Shown: positions 12,193 through 23,204 of the stretch, one piece after another
How positions within the stretch are numbered: the first letter of the stretch is position 1
Layout of the letters: the number at the start of each line of letters is the position of its first letter
Assembly (NCBI RefSeq): GCF_006345805.1
Contig: NC_043001.1
Coordinates: forward strand, 128,154,001 to 128,218,000
Direction of reading: 5' to 3'
Length of the DNA stretch: 64,000 bases
From: Octopus sinensis
Lineage: Eukaryota
Program-made: the position numbers and the translations under genes
The notes under the pieces: generated by a model
Database searches by the model: none
What the model saw: the letters and a program-made list of their open reading frames with translations, nothing else
Told to the model about the DNA's origin: nothing

Positions 12193-12963
12193 ACTTCCCT
12201 ACCTTCTACCCCTTAACTTTGTCACTAATGTTTTTTAGTATAACACCTATGCAAATTCTATAAACAAGCCTTTCAATAGAAATATTCTCCTGAATTGAAC
12301 TGCAACTGCCAGCCGCCACTGACCATTCAAAATACGACCATCAGGGCACTCCCAGATTCTCCCACCCCCTTTCCTCATCAGCCTCCTTCCTCTACTACCC
12401 TACCAAGAACTCACAACGACCTCCAACACACAAGTGCAAACAAGGGAGTCAGAGAAAGGCAGAATGCCACCTATATCTGAACACTACTATAGAAATATTC
12501 CTTTAAAAAAACTTTTCTTCTAATTTTTCTAAATTTAATTATTTAATCGTTACAGTTGAAAAGGTCTCAAAATGACCGAAACCGGTACTGAAATGTTCAC
12601 TATAAAATTATTTTAGCATTTTCTATTTTTGACTTGTTTTTTCACATATATATATATATATATATATATGGTTATCCGTAATAATGAAGGGTGAAATTAA
12701 TTAATTTGGAATAATTATCAATTACACCAAGTAGTCTTCGGCATGTAAAAGCCTCATTCGAGGAAAATTTAAGTAATACTAAGCAATAAAGGGTTTAGCA
12801 ACGAATTGCCTTACCACATACCGAATTTAGAAATAGCAGTCAAAGAGTTATAGCTATTTCTTCTACTAAAAGGGAGATCTCAGTAAAAACAGCAATTGGA
12901 AGGCAGACACAAACAGGTAAGAGAGAATGAATTGACGGCAATCTATCATACAATTTTAAGTTA

Positions 12964-13061
12964 TCTATGGACGTACGTTTCGAATCAAGTTTTTAGGAAA
13001 GCATAAGAATTAAATATTAATAATTCTATCTCACCAAAACTTCTTTTCTCTTCAGCGTAGA
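12964..13061 (-). ncRNA. Mirror hammerhead copy with stem I mismatch
   Basis: Same core on the minus strand but CATAGA instead of CGTAGA (C.A at the second stem I pair) and one fewer pair at the base of stem II. Confidence 0.55.
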
Positions 13062-13476
13062 ATACTATAATCATAAATGATTATATATTGAATTTTGAGA
13101 TACTAGAAGGCACCAACTCAACTCAGTATCAGAGCGAGCTAGAATCCGCAACTAGTATCACCAAATTCAATGTGTGAATGAAAATTGTGTCACCAGCCCC
13201 TTCCCACCCGCGTGTAGCCAAAACAAGATGCTGTGGTCATCTACTGAGATAAAATATGGTTATCCGTAATAATGAAGGGTGAAATTAATTAATTTGGAAT
13301 AATTATCAATTACACCAAGTAGTCTTCGGCATGTAAAAGCCTCATTCGAGGAAAATTTAAGTAATACTAAGCAATAAAGGATTTAGCAACGAATTCTAGC
13401 TCGCTCTGATACTGAGTTGAGTTGGTGCCTTCTAGTATCTCAAAATTCAATATATAATCATTTATGATTATAGTAT

Positions 13477-13576
13477 TCTACGCTGAAGAGAAAAGAAGTT
13501 TTGGTGAGATAGAATTATTTAATATTTAATTCTTATGCTTTCCTAAAAACTTGATTTCGAAACGTACGTCCGTAGA
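13477..13576 (+). ncRNA. Predicted type I hammerhead ribozyme with extended stem II
   Basis: TCTACG-CTGAAGA-[GAAA...TTTC long stem II]-GAAA-C-GTAC-GTC^-CGTAGA; 6-bp stem I, palindromic loop 3, predicted cleavage after 13570. Confidence 0.7.
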
Positions 13577-13792
13577 TAACTTAAAATTGTATGATAGATT
13601 GCCGTCAATTCATTCTCTCTTACCTGTTTGTGTCTGCCTTCCAATTGCTGTTTTTACTGAGACCCCCCCCCCCCTTTTTAGTAGAAGAAATAGCTATAAC
13701 TCTTTGACTGCTATTTCTAAATTCGGTATGTGGTAAGGCAATTCGTTGCTAAACCCTTTATTGCTTAGTATATATATATATATACATATATA

Positions 13793-13953
13793 CGACAGGC
13801 TTCTTTCAACTTCCATCTATCAAATCCACTCACAAGGCTTTGGTCAGCCCAAGGCTATAGTAGAAGACACTTGCCCAAGGTGCCACACAGTGGAACTGAA
13901 CCCAGAACCATGTTGTTGGTAAGCAAGCTACTTACCACACAGCCACTCCTGCA
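13793..13953 (-). mobile_element. SINE family A head
   Basis: Reverse complement of the 8272-8435 head. Confidence 0.8.
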
Positions 13954-14319
13954 CGTATGTGCATATGACTATGCATGTGTGTGCACGTGCAAATGCAAAA
14001 TGCACATGTGCACACACATTCATTGTTTTTGAAAATATTAACTAAAATTGCTGGTCATGTGCTAAAATTTAAAAGTGGTATTTGTTCTAGTACTTTAAGT
14101 TTTGAGTTCAAATCCCAGCAAGGTTCAATTTTAATTTTCTTCCTTTCAGGGTCAATAAAGAATCAATCAAATTTTTGAGTTGATGTCATCGACTAACCCT
14201 TCCCATTTAAGCAGCAGGCCTTTTGCCTAAATCAGAAGCCATTATTAATATTATTATTCATCTGTCTAGTTGTGCTATACTAAACCAAATATTGTGAAAG
14301 GCAAAAGTAAATGACATAC

Positions 14320-14416
14320 CGGAAAATCAATTTTAATTTCTTCATATTGAACTGGTTCAGCTAATGCAATATTTTTGTCAGGATTTTCAGGTCTAGGAAC
14401 ACCACTAGAATTTGAC
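14320..14416 (-). CDS. Host membrane-protein gene, internal exon (SNSSGVPRPENPDKNIALAEPVQYEEIKIDFP)
   Basis: Acceptor tttatctgttccag|, donor CCG|gtatgt; 97 nt, phase 2 to 0, exactly bridging the TM exon and the terminal exon. Confidence 0.82.
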
Positions 14417-14599
14417 CTGGAACAGATAAAATATATAAATAGAAGCACACTATACTCATGTATATATATGAATGTATATATGAGACAAATCACAAATCCC
14501 TTAGGGTAGATGGCCCTGCTCGATCTGTAGAAAAGGCGTAGGTAGAAACTCCGTAAGATGTACCTGGTGTAAGCTATGGACATATAAGAGGTGTAGCAA

Positions 14600-15640
14600 T
14601 ATCAAAAGAAGGTTAACTGGGAAGGTATTTTTTTGTGTGTGGCAGATGTACAGAAAACAGATTCCATCACATGCCAGGGGAAAAAACTAGAAATAGTTGA
14701 TAGCTCCCATTACCTAAGTGGCCAAGTCAGTAGCAGTGAATGGATGCTCTAAGAGCGTAGCTGCTAGAATAAGAATAGCCGGGGCAAAGTTCAGAGAGTT
14801 CCTTTCTCTGCTGGTAACAAAGGGCCTCCCACTCAGAGTGAAAAGTAGTCTGTATGATGCTTGTGTGCAAACAGCCATGCTACGAGGCACTGAAACATGG
14901 GCTGTGACTGCTGAGGACATGTGTAGGCTTGAAAGAAATGAAGCTAGTATGCTCCACTGGATGTGTAATGTCAGTGTGCATACATGAGGGAGTGTAAGCA
15001 CCCTGAGAGAAAAGTCGGACATAAGCAGCATTAGACGTGGTGTGCAAGAGAGACAATTGCGCTGGTATGGTCATGTATTGCGTATGGATGTGGACACCTG
15101 TGTGAAGAAGTGTCACACCCTAACAGTGGAGGTAACCTGTGGAAGAAGTAGACTCAGGAAGACATGGGATGAGGTGGTGAAGTACTACCTTTGAACGTTG
15201 GGCCTCACAGGGGTAATAACAAGCAACTGAGACCTTTGGAGATATGCTGTGCTTGAGAAGACCTGGTAAGCCAAGTGAAACCATAGCTGTGGCCAATGTC
15301 AGTGTTGCATAACTGGCCCGTTTAAAAATACACATTCAATTGTCAGGCAATATGCTGTGGGAGACCTGTTGAGCCAAGTGAAATTGTTGTTGTGGCTGAT
15401 ACCAGTGCCGCCTGACTGGCACCACTTTTTGTGGCATGTAAAAAGTACAACTTGAGCGTGGCTGATGCCAGTGTTGCCTGACTGGCTCCCATGCCCGTGA
15501 CACATAAAAATACCTTTCGAGCATGGTCAACACCAGTGCCATCTGACTGGCTCCTGTGCTGGAGGCATATAAAAAGCACCATTTAAGCATGACTGATGCT
15601 AGTGCTGCCTGACTGGCATATAAAAAGCACCATTTGAGTG
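14600..15640 (+). mobile_element. 5'-truncated, decayed RTE LINE (same family as 19148-23145) with 3'-UTR modules
   Basis: ORF 14718-14987 (SVAARIRIAGAKFREFLSLLVTKGLPLRVK..LYDACV.TAML.GTETWAVTAEDM) is homologous to ORF 19962-20855. Confidence 0.85.
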
Positions 15641-15786
15641 TGCTCGATGTGACAGTCCCGTAAGGGAATTACACCACCGCTGTTTAGCCCTAGGAAGCAT
15701 CGACGCCTACTGTTGGCTTTGACATATTTTCTGTGTCCTTATATTTGCGAAGGGCTGGCAAGCACCCCCACTAGCTAGGATTAGCA

Positions 15787-15833
15787 CCTGAAGACATGCA
15801 TGTTTCTGGGTCTTGACCCGTCATCAGCCCCGG
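15787..15833 (-). ncRNA. Mirror hammerhead copy with mismatches
   Basis: Minus strand: CCGGGG-CTGATGA-CGGGT-CAAG-ACCCA-GAAACATGCATGTC-TTCAGG; C.A at the base of stem II and G.A in stem I. Confidence 0.6.
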
Positions 15834-16100
15834 ATAGTGAGACCTGCTGGTTGAGATGCCTGTCTAGCCTTCGCAAATATATATATTTACAGTGAAATCT
15901 ATTCACTGGTCACCGTAATTATGGGACTGCCACGTTATGTTGACAGTATACAACCACTCTATCGCTCCACCACCGCTCATGTCTCCTTGAGACATTTAGA
16001 AATTTAATATTCTAATTACGGTGATCAGTGAATAGATTTCACTGTAAATATATATATTTGCGAAGGCTAGACAGGCATCTCAACCAGCAGGTCCCACTAT

Positions 16101-16147
16101 CCTGGGCTGATGATGGGTTAAGACCCAGAAACATGCATGTCTTCAGG
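16101..16147 (+). ncRNA. Predicted intact type I hammerhead ribozyme
   Basis: CCTGGG-CTGATGA-TGGGT-TAAG-ACCCA-GAAA-C-ATGCAT-GTC^-TTCAGG; all core nucleotides present, predicted cleavage after 16141. Confidence 0.78.
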
Positions 16148-16361
16148 TGCTAATCCTAGCTGGTGGGGGTGCTTGCCTCCCCTTCGCAAATATAAGGACA
16201 CAGGAAATGTGTCAAAGCCGACAGGAAGCGTCGATGCTTCCTAGGGCTAAACAGCGGTGGTGTAATTCCCTTACGGGACTGTCACGTTAAGTTGACAGTA
16301 TACAACCACTCGATAGCTCCACCACCGCTCATGTCTCTTTGAGACATTTAAAAATTGAATA

Positions 16362-16398
<37 letters not shown>

Positions 16399-17704
16399 TA
16401 TAAATATTTGATTGATCTGTCTAGTTGTGCCATGGATTGTGTTCTTGATCTTGATCATGTTCTGGGTTAAAACATTTCATTTTACGTTGCTCCAGTCCGC
16501 TCAGATGAAGATGAGACGAACAACAGCAGAAGGTCAACTATGTGACAGACTAGCAACCTGACTGGGGAAGAGTATTGTATTTTTTTAGTCACTTATGTTA
16601 TATAAACTGGAATAAGTTCTGGGGTTCTGATCCAATGGACCTGAAGATTCAGGACACACTTATTTACCCTTTTTTTTTTAAAGTAGTAACACCTTTGATT
16701 TCATCAGGACTGGGATCTTGATTCTAAGATTTCTGGAACTTTGTGGAAAAGAAAATTATGCATTTATATTTGATCCAGGCCTTTGGGTTTTAATCAAACA
16801 GATTGACCCCAGGACTTAAGTTCTTTTTTTAAAAGTTTGGTACTTATTCTATCAGCCTCTTTTACTAAATCATTAAGTTAACAGGATGTAAACAAACCAA
16901 CACTAGTTGCCAAGTGAGAGACACATGGATACATGCATGCATGCACACACACACACACACACACACACAAACGCACACATTTATTCACTGGGCTTCAACA
17001 CAGTTTTTGTCTACCAAATTCATTGGTTGGTTGATTGGGGGATACAATCAAAAACATATGCTCAAGGTGCTGCATAGTGGGATTGAACTCAAAAGTACAT
17101 GGTTGCAAAGTAAACTTCTCATCTGCACAGCCATGCCTTTACTTTAAATCCATCTTTGAGATTGATACAATGACACACAAATCAAATATTGGTGGTTGCT
17201 TGAATTGACTGTTACTCTTTCCTCTCCACCAATTTCTGACCTTATGGCTATGTGAGAGATAGTTACTATTATTTTTTTCAGCAATAAGGAAGAATTGTTA
17301 ACATGATGGACAAAATGCTGCGAAGCATTTCCTTTGGCTCATTATGTTCTGAGTTCAAATTCCACTGTTGCCGACTTCACCTTTCATCCTTTCAAGATCG
17401 ATAAAATAAGCATCAACTGAGAACTCGAGTCAAATGTACTTGACTAACCTCCTCATCCTAAAAATTGTTGGACTTGTGATAAAATCTGAAAGCAAAAACA
17501 AAAAAGAAGAAAAGAAAAGAAAAGAAAAGAAATACGGGAGCAACTGTGTGTTAAAAGGTTTGTTTCCCATCCACATGGTTCTATGTTCAGTCCTACTGCA
17601 TGGCTTCTTGGGAAAGTGCCTTCTACTATAGCTTCAGGCTGACCAAAGCCTTGTGAGTGGATTTGGTAGACAGAAACTAAAAAAAACCCATCAAATATGT
17701 GTAT

Positions 17705-18072
17705 AGGCGCAGGAGTGGCTGTGTGGTAAGTAGCTTGCTAACCAACCACACGGTTGCGGGTTCAGTCCCACTGCGTGGCATCTTGGGCAAATGTCTTCTG
17801 CTATAGCCCCGGGCCGACCAATGCCTTGTGAGTGGACTTGGTAGACGGAAACTGAAAGAAGCCTGTCGTATATATGTATATATATGTATATGTGTGTGTG
17901 TTTGTGTGTCTGTGTTTGTCCCCCTAGCATTGCTTGACAACCGATGCTGGTGTGTTTACGTCCCCGTCACTTAGTGGTTCGGCAAAAAGAGACCGATAGA
18001 ATAAGTACTAAAAGGTGGTACTCCAGCATGGCCGCAGTCAGATGACTGAAACAAGTAAAAGAGTAAAAGAGA
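17705..18072 (+). mobile_element. SINE family A
   Basis: Full head-microsatellite-tail copy. Confidence 0.85.
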
Positions 18073-18637
18073 ATATATATCTACAGGGTTGGCCAAAAGT
18101 CACCCGACAGTAAATCAAAATTCCATAAATACTATCTGTAATTCTGTATTGACTTGAATGGAAAAAAGTGTTGCTCAGGAAGGATTTCAGTTTGAAGAAT
18201 TTTCATAATGCTTCATGTTTAGATTCTTTTATTGAATTCTTTCAGCTGTTAAACATAAATAAATCTTGGAATTAAATGGTTTGGAATTAAATGACTTTTG
18301 GCCAATCCTGTATATATGTGCATGTCTTTGTGTCTGTGTTGGTCCCCCACAACCGCTTGATAACTGGTGTTGCTTTGTTTCTGTCCTTGTAACTTATTGG
18401 TTCAACAAACAAGAGACTAATAGAATAAGTACCAGGTTCAAAAAAAGAAAAGTTAAATACTGGATTTGATTCTTCAACTAAAATTCTTCAAAGTGATAAC
18501 TCCAGCATGGCCACCATCTAATGACTTAAACAAGTGAAAGATAAAAGATTAGGTTCATGAGATATATGTTCAATATACAAACTAAAAAAGCAAATATAAC
18601 CGAAGGGTGTAAAATTATAAAGAAAAGAATGACTAAC

Positions 18638-18872
18638 CAATTTTTTTTGCATTTTTTTATGAATAACACCAGAGTGATACAGAGCATAAGAAGCAGTAAA
18701 ACCAAAATACTAATAAGAATAGGCATGAATAAAGTAGGAGATAGATTTCCAGCTCCACTTCCTATGTTTTCATCATTTTTCTCCACTGTTTTATTCAGAA
18801 ATCTGTCAATTTTATTTGAGTTCCATTCTGACTTGTTTTCTGGCCATATTTTCCTGCATTTTTTTTTCTTAA
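18638..18872 (-). CDS. Host membrane-protein gene, juxtamembrane + transmembrane exon
   Basis: Acceptor (T)n-gcatcag|, donor AATTG|gttagt; phase 1 to 2. Encodes KKKKCRKIWPENKSEWNSNKIDRFLNKTVEKNDENIGSGAGNLSPTLFMPILISILVLLLLMLCITLVLFIKKCKKN, a hydrophobic helix followed by a basic stop-transfer. The split codon TG|G (Trp) joins the next exon. Confidence 0.82.
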
Positions 18873-19082
18873 CTGATGCAAAAAAAAAAAAAAAAAAAAA
18901 GAATAAGAATAAAATAGTAAAATCAGAAAATATAAATGAATGAAACATACATTTGTATGTATGTATGTATGTATGTATGTATGTATGTATAAACCTAGAT
19001 ATATGTATTTGTGTGTGTATACACACACACACATACATATACATATACACACATATATATAGTGTGTGTGTATGTATGTGAG

Positions 19083-19147
<65 letters not shown>

Positions 19148-19151
<4 letters not shown>

Positions 19152-22100
19152 TCATCATCATCATCGTCGTTTAACGTCCGTTCTCCATGCTAGCATGGGT
19201 TGGACGGTTCGACCGGGGTTCTGGGAAGCCAGAAGGCTGCACCAGGCTCCAGTCTAATTTGCAATTTTCTACAGCTGGATGCCCTTCCTAACGCCAACCA
19301 CTCCGTGAGTGTAGTGGGTGCTTTTTACGTGCCACCTGCACAGGTGCCAGGCGGGGCTGGCAACGGCCACGGTCAGATTGGTGTATTTTATGTGCCACCG
19401 GCACGGAAGCCAGTCGAGGCGGTGCTGGCATCGGCACACGAGTCGGATAGTGCTTTTTACGTACCACCAGACCAGGGATCCTGGCTGGTTCAATTCGATT
19501 TCGATTTCGCTTGCCCCAACATGTCTTCACAAGCAAAGGGGGTTGGCAAGGGTGCCTGTCGTACGGTCGCATTGGAGTATTTTATGTGCCACGGCCACGA
19601 GTCGGATAGTGCTTTTTACGTACCACCAGACCAGGGATCCTGGCTGGTTCAATTCGATTTCGATTTCGCTTGCCCCAACATGTCTTCACAAGCAAAGGGG
19701 GTTGGCATGGGTGCCTGTCGTACGGTCGCATTGGAGTATTTTACGTGCCACGGCCCCGAGTCGGATAGTGCTTTTTACGTACCACCAGGCCAGGGATCCT
19801 GGCTGGTTCAATTCGGTTTCGATTTCGCTTGCCCCAACATGTCTTCGCAAGCATGGGGGGTTGGGATGGGTGTCTGTCGTCGGATGAGGTTCTATATCGA
19901 CTTCGCTTGCCTCAACCGGTCTTTGTGTCAAGGGAGGAAAGGCATTCATAATGGGCTGGGCTCACTTGTCCTGCCTGGTCTTCTCACGTACAGAATATTT
20001 CCAAAGGTCTCGGTCTCTGGTCATTTCCTCAGTGAGGCCTAAAGTTCGAAGGTCGTGCTTCACCACCTCGTCCCAGGTTTTCCTGGGTCTACCTCTTCCA
20101 CGGGTTCCCTCAACTGCTAGGGATTGGCACTTTCTCACACACCTATCTTCATCCATTCTCGCCACATGACCATACCAGCGCAATCGTCTCTCTTGCACAC
20201 CACAACTGATGCTTCTTAGGTACAACATTTCTCTCAAGGTGCTAACGCTCTGTCGAGTATGTACACTGACATTACACATCCATCGGAGCATACTGGCTTC
20301 ATTCCTCACGAGCTTACGCATGTCCTCAGCAGTCACAGCCCATGTTTTGCTGCCATGTAGCATGGCTGTTCGTACACACGCATCATACAGTCTGCCTTTT
20401 ACTCTGAGCGAGAGGCCTTTAGTCACCAGCAGAGGTAAGAGCTCCCTAAACTTTGCCCAGGCTATTCTTATTCTAGCAGTTACACTTTCAGCGCACCCAC
20501 CCCCACTACTGACTTGGTCACCTAGATAACGGAAGCTATCAACTACTTCTAGTTTTTCCCCCTGGAAAGTGACGGAAGTTGTTTTCTGCAGATTTTCGGA
20601 GGTTAATGCTCCCGAGCATCTGCCACATACAAAAACTATCTTCCCAGTTAGCCTACCTTTGACATTGCTGCACCTCTTATGTGTCCATAGCTTACACCGG
20701 GTACATCTTATAGAGTTTCTACCTACACCTTTTCTACAGATCGAGCAGGGCCATCTTCCTGAAGATATTTGTGGATTGTCTACCTTTCTACTTATTAGTA
20801 CTTTGGTTTTAGCTAGGTTGACTCTAAGGCCCCTTGATTCTAAAACTCCTTCCACACCTGGAACTTCTCCTCCAGTTCTGATAGTGACTCAGCAATAAGA
20901 GTAAGGTCGTCAGCGTAGAGGAGCTCCCAGGGACAGCCTGTCTTGAATTCCTCCGTAATTGCCTGGAGTACTATGATAAATAGGAGGGGGCTGAGTACTG
21001 AACCCTGGTGGACCCCAACCTCTACTTTGAATTCTTCTGTGTACATGTTGCCAACCCTAACCTTACTTACGGCATCTCTGTACATGGCTTGCACAGTCCT
21101 CACCAGCCATTCATCTATCCCTAGTTTCCTCATTGACCACCAGATAAGGGATCGGGGGACCCTATCAAAAGCTTTCTCCATGTCAACGAAAGCCAGGTAC
21201 AGGGGCTTATCTTTGGCTAGGTATTTCTCCTGCAGCTGCCTTACCAGGAATATAGCATCAGTGGTACTTTTTCCTGGCACGAACCCAAACTGCATCTCAT
21301 CTAAACTAACTCTCTCTCTGATTAGTTGGGCTATGACCCTCTCCGTAACCTTCATTACTTGATCCAACAGCTTGATACCTCTGTAATTATTTGTATCTAG
21401 GGCATCACCTTTACCTTTGTAGCAGTTGACTAGTATGCTGCTGCACCAGTCATTGGGTATGACTCCTTCGTGTATCACCTGGTTGACTATACGGGTGACT
21501 AGGTTATAGCCGACACTGCCAGATATTTTGAGCATCTCTGCAGTAATTCCTGATGGGCCTGGGGCTTTCCTGCTCTTCATGCTTCTAATTGCCTTAGCTA
21601 CCACGGAACTATCAACTCGGATAGCTGGTCCCTCTGTAGGGTCAACATTCGGCAGACTCTCTTTATCCCATTCATTTTCCTCATTCAGTAACCTTTCATA
21701 GTGGCGTCTCCAAGCTTCTCTCTTTGCATCCTCATTTAGCGCAAGTGAACCATCCTCCATGCGAACACATTTCTCTCCTACCACATCACGATTCTCTCTC
21801 ACACACTGTCTTGCAACACGAAATACCTCAAGTCTTTCATCCTCACGGCGCAGGACATTGGCAAATTTTCTCTTATCTGCTTCCCCTCTGGCTAGATAGA
21901 CCTGTCCCTAGCTTCCCTTCTGGCAGTCTGATACCCTTCCCTGCTACCACCGTTCTTCCAGGCCTTCCAAGCCTGTTTCTTTTGTCTAATAGCCCTGTCA
22001 ACAATATTGTTCCACCACCACGTTATTTTGGGTCTTAAGGGGACTTTGCACCAGCCACAGATCTGGTCAGCGGCTTTCAGCAGGTTGTCCCTCAGAAACG

Positions 22101-23145
22101 TCCAGTTGTCTTCTACCCCATGTGTAGCTATACCCCCTTCCACTTCGTCAAAGGCTTCAAGTAACATATCTCTAAATCTCTGTCCATTCGCAGGGGCTTT
22201 AAGCTTCCAGACCCTTCTTCTCCATGTTGGTCGTCTTCTAGTCGCCCTCTTAGTCCTGATCCTAAAGTCACTAACTACCAGTCTATGTTGTGGGGTGCAT
22301 TCTTCGCCTGGAAGGTTTTGGCATTTTTAAGCAGCCATCTTTCCCTTTTTCTGGCAAGGATGTAGTCGATTTGGCTAGTATGCCGGCCCGATCGGTAGGT
22401 GACCAGGTGGCTTGTTGGTTTCCTGAAGTTAGTGTTGCAGACCATAAGACTATTCGCATCGCAGAACTCCAGCAGCCTGGTTCCCTCCTCGTTGCGGGAA
22501 CCATAACCGTAGCCTCCATGTACGCCATGGAAGCCCCCAGCATGTCGTCCAACATGCCCATTGAAATCACCAGCCACAAAGAGAAGGTCCCTGTCGTTCG
22601 TCGATGAGGTGGTCTGCAGTAGGGTGTCATAGAAACTGTCTTTCTGTCCATCGGGTAGCCCTGGCTGAGGGGCATAGGCCGATATAATGGTTGCTAATCT
22701 ATTATGAAGCACTATTCTAATCTTAAGTATTCTGTCACTTACTCTGATTACCTCAATTACTCTATCTATCCATTTCTCAGCGATAATTATACCCACGCCA
22801 CCAACCCCGTCAGTGTTCCCTGCCCAGAAAATCTTGTACCTGTGTCCCTTGCCTGTGAGGACCCTAGCAGATCCTCCTCTCCACCTTATTTCTTGCATAC
22901 AACATACATCAACACGTCTCCGTTCAAGCATCTCGACTATCTCGCCAGACCTACTTTCAATGTGCCAACGTTGAGGGTGCCTACCCTGAGGGTGTGGGAG
23001 GTGTGGGCCTCTGAGACCCTGGGATGAGGGGCCGCAGTGTCTGTACCTGAAAAGAAAGCTTGCATTTGCCAGATATCATACTGAGACTCTAGACTACAAC
23101 CTGCATAAATTTCAAAGTTTTTGCGCTATATGATCACAATATATG
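19148..23145 (-). mobile_element. Near full-length RTE-clade LINE (APE endonuclease + RT) with about four frameshifts, modular 3' UTR and (GAT)n tail
   Basis: In-frame ATG at 23065 leads into LRVGTLNVGTL. Endonuclease motifs CCMQE, GDFNGHVG and SQIDYIL (22275-22931); RT motifs FVDMEKAFD, GVHQGSVLSP and YADD (20840-21802); C-terminus 19962-20855. Flanked by (TA)n, so no TSD is resolvable. Confidence 0.92.
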
Positions 23146-23147
23146 AT

Positions 23148-23203
<56 letters not shown>

Positions 23204-23204
23204 G

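Larger units (their letters stand above)
12668..13770. mobile_element. Penelope-type non-autonomous element with direct plus inverted pseudo-LTR architecture, between (TA)n runs
   Basis: 12668-12797 is repeated directly at about 13257-13395. About 13396-13770 is the reverse complement of about 12775-13145. Hammerhead motifs lie in both inverted arms. Confidence 0.7.
15648..16365. mobile_element. Penelope-type non-autonomous element: inverted arms (15648-15918 / 16009-16287) plus direct repeat of the loop segment
   Basis: Arms are complementary. Loop 15919-16008 recurs at about 16272-16365. Each arm carries a hammerhead core. Confidence 0.72.

Noticed and set aside
18873-19164. 5' portion of the 212-aa ORF 18526-19164
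   Set aside because: Derived from (CAT)n, (TA)n, (ATAC)n and poly-T; only 18872-18638 is exon-like.
19200-20042. 280-aa and 189-aa plus-strand ORFs with internal repeats
   Set aside because: Antisense readings of the GC-rich modular RTE 3' UTR.
23041-23065. Splice-acceptor-like ctttcttttcag at the RTE 5' end suggesting spliced expression
   Set aside because: An in-frame ATG at 23065 already leads into the conserved endonuclease start, so no splicing is required.
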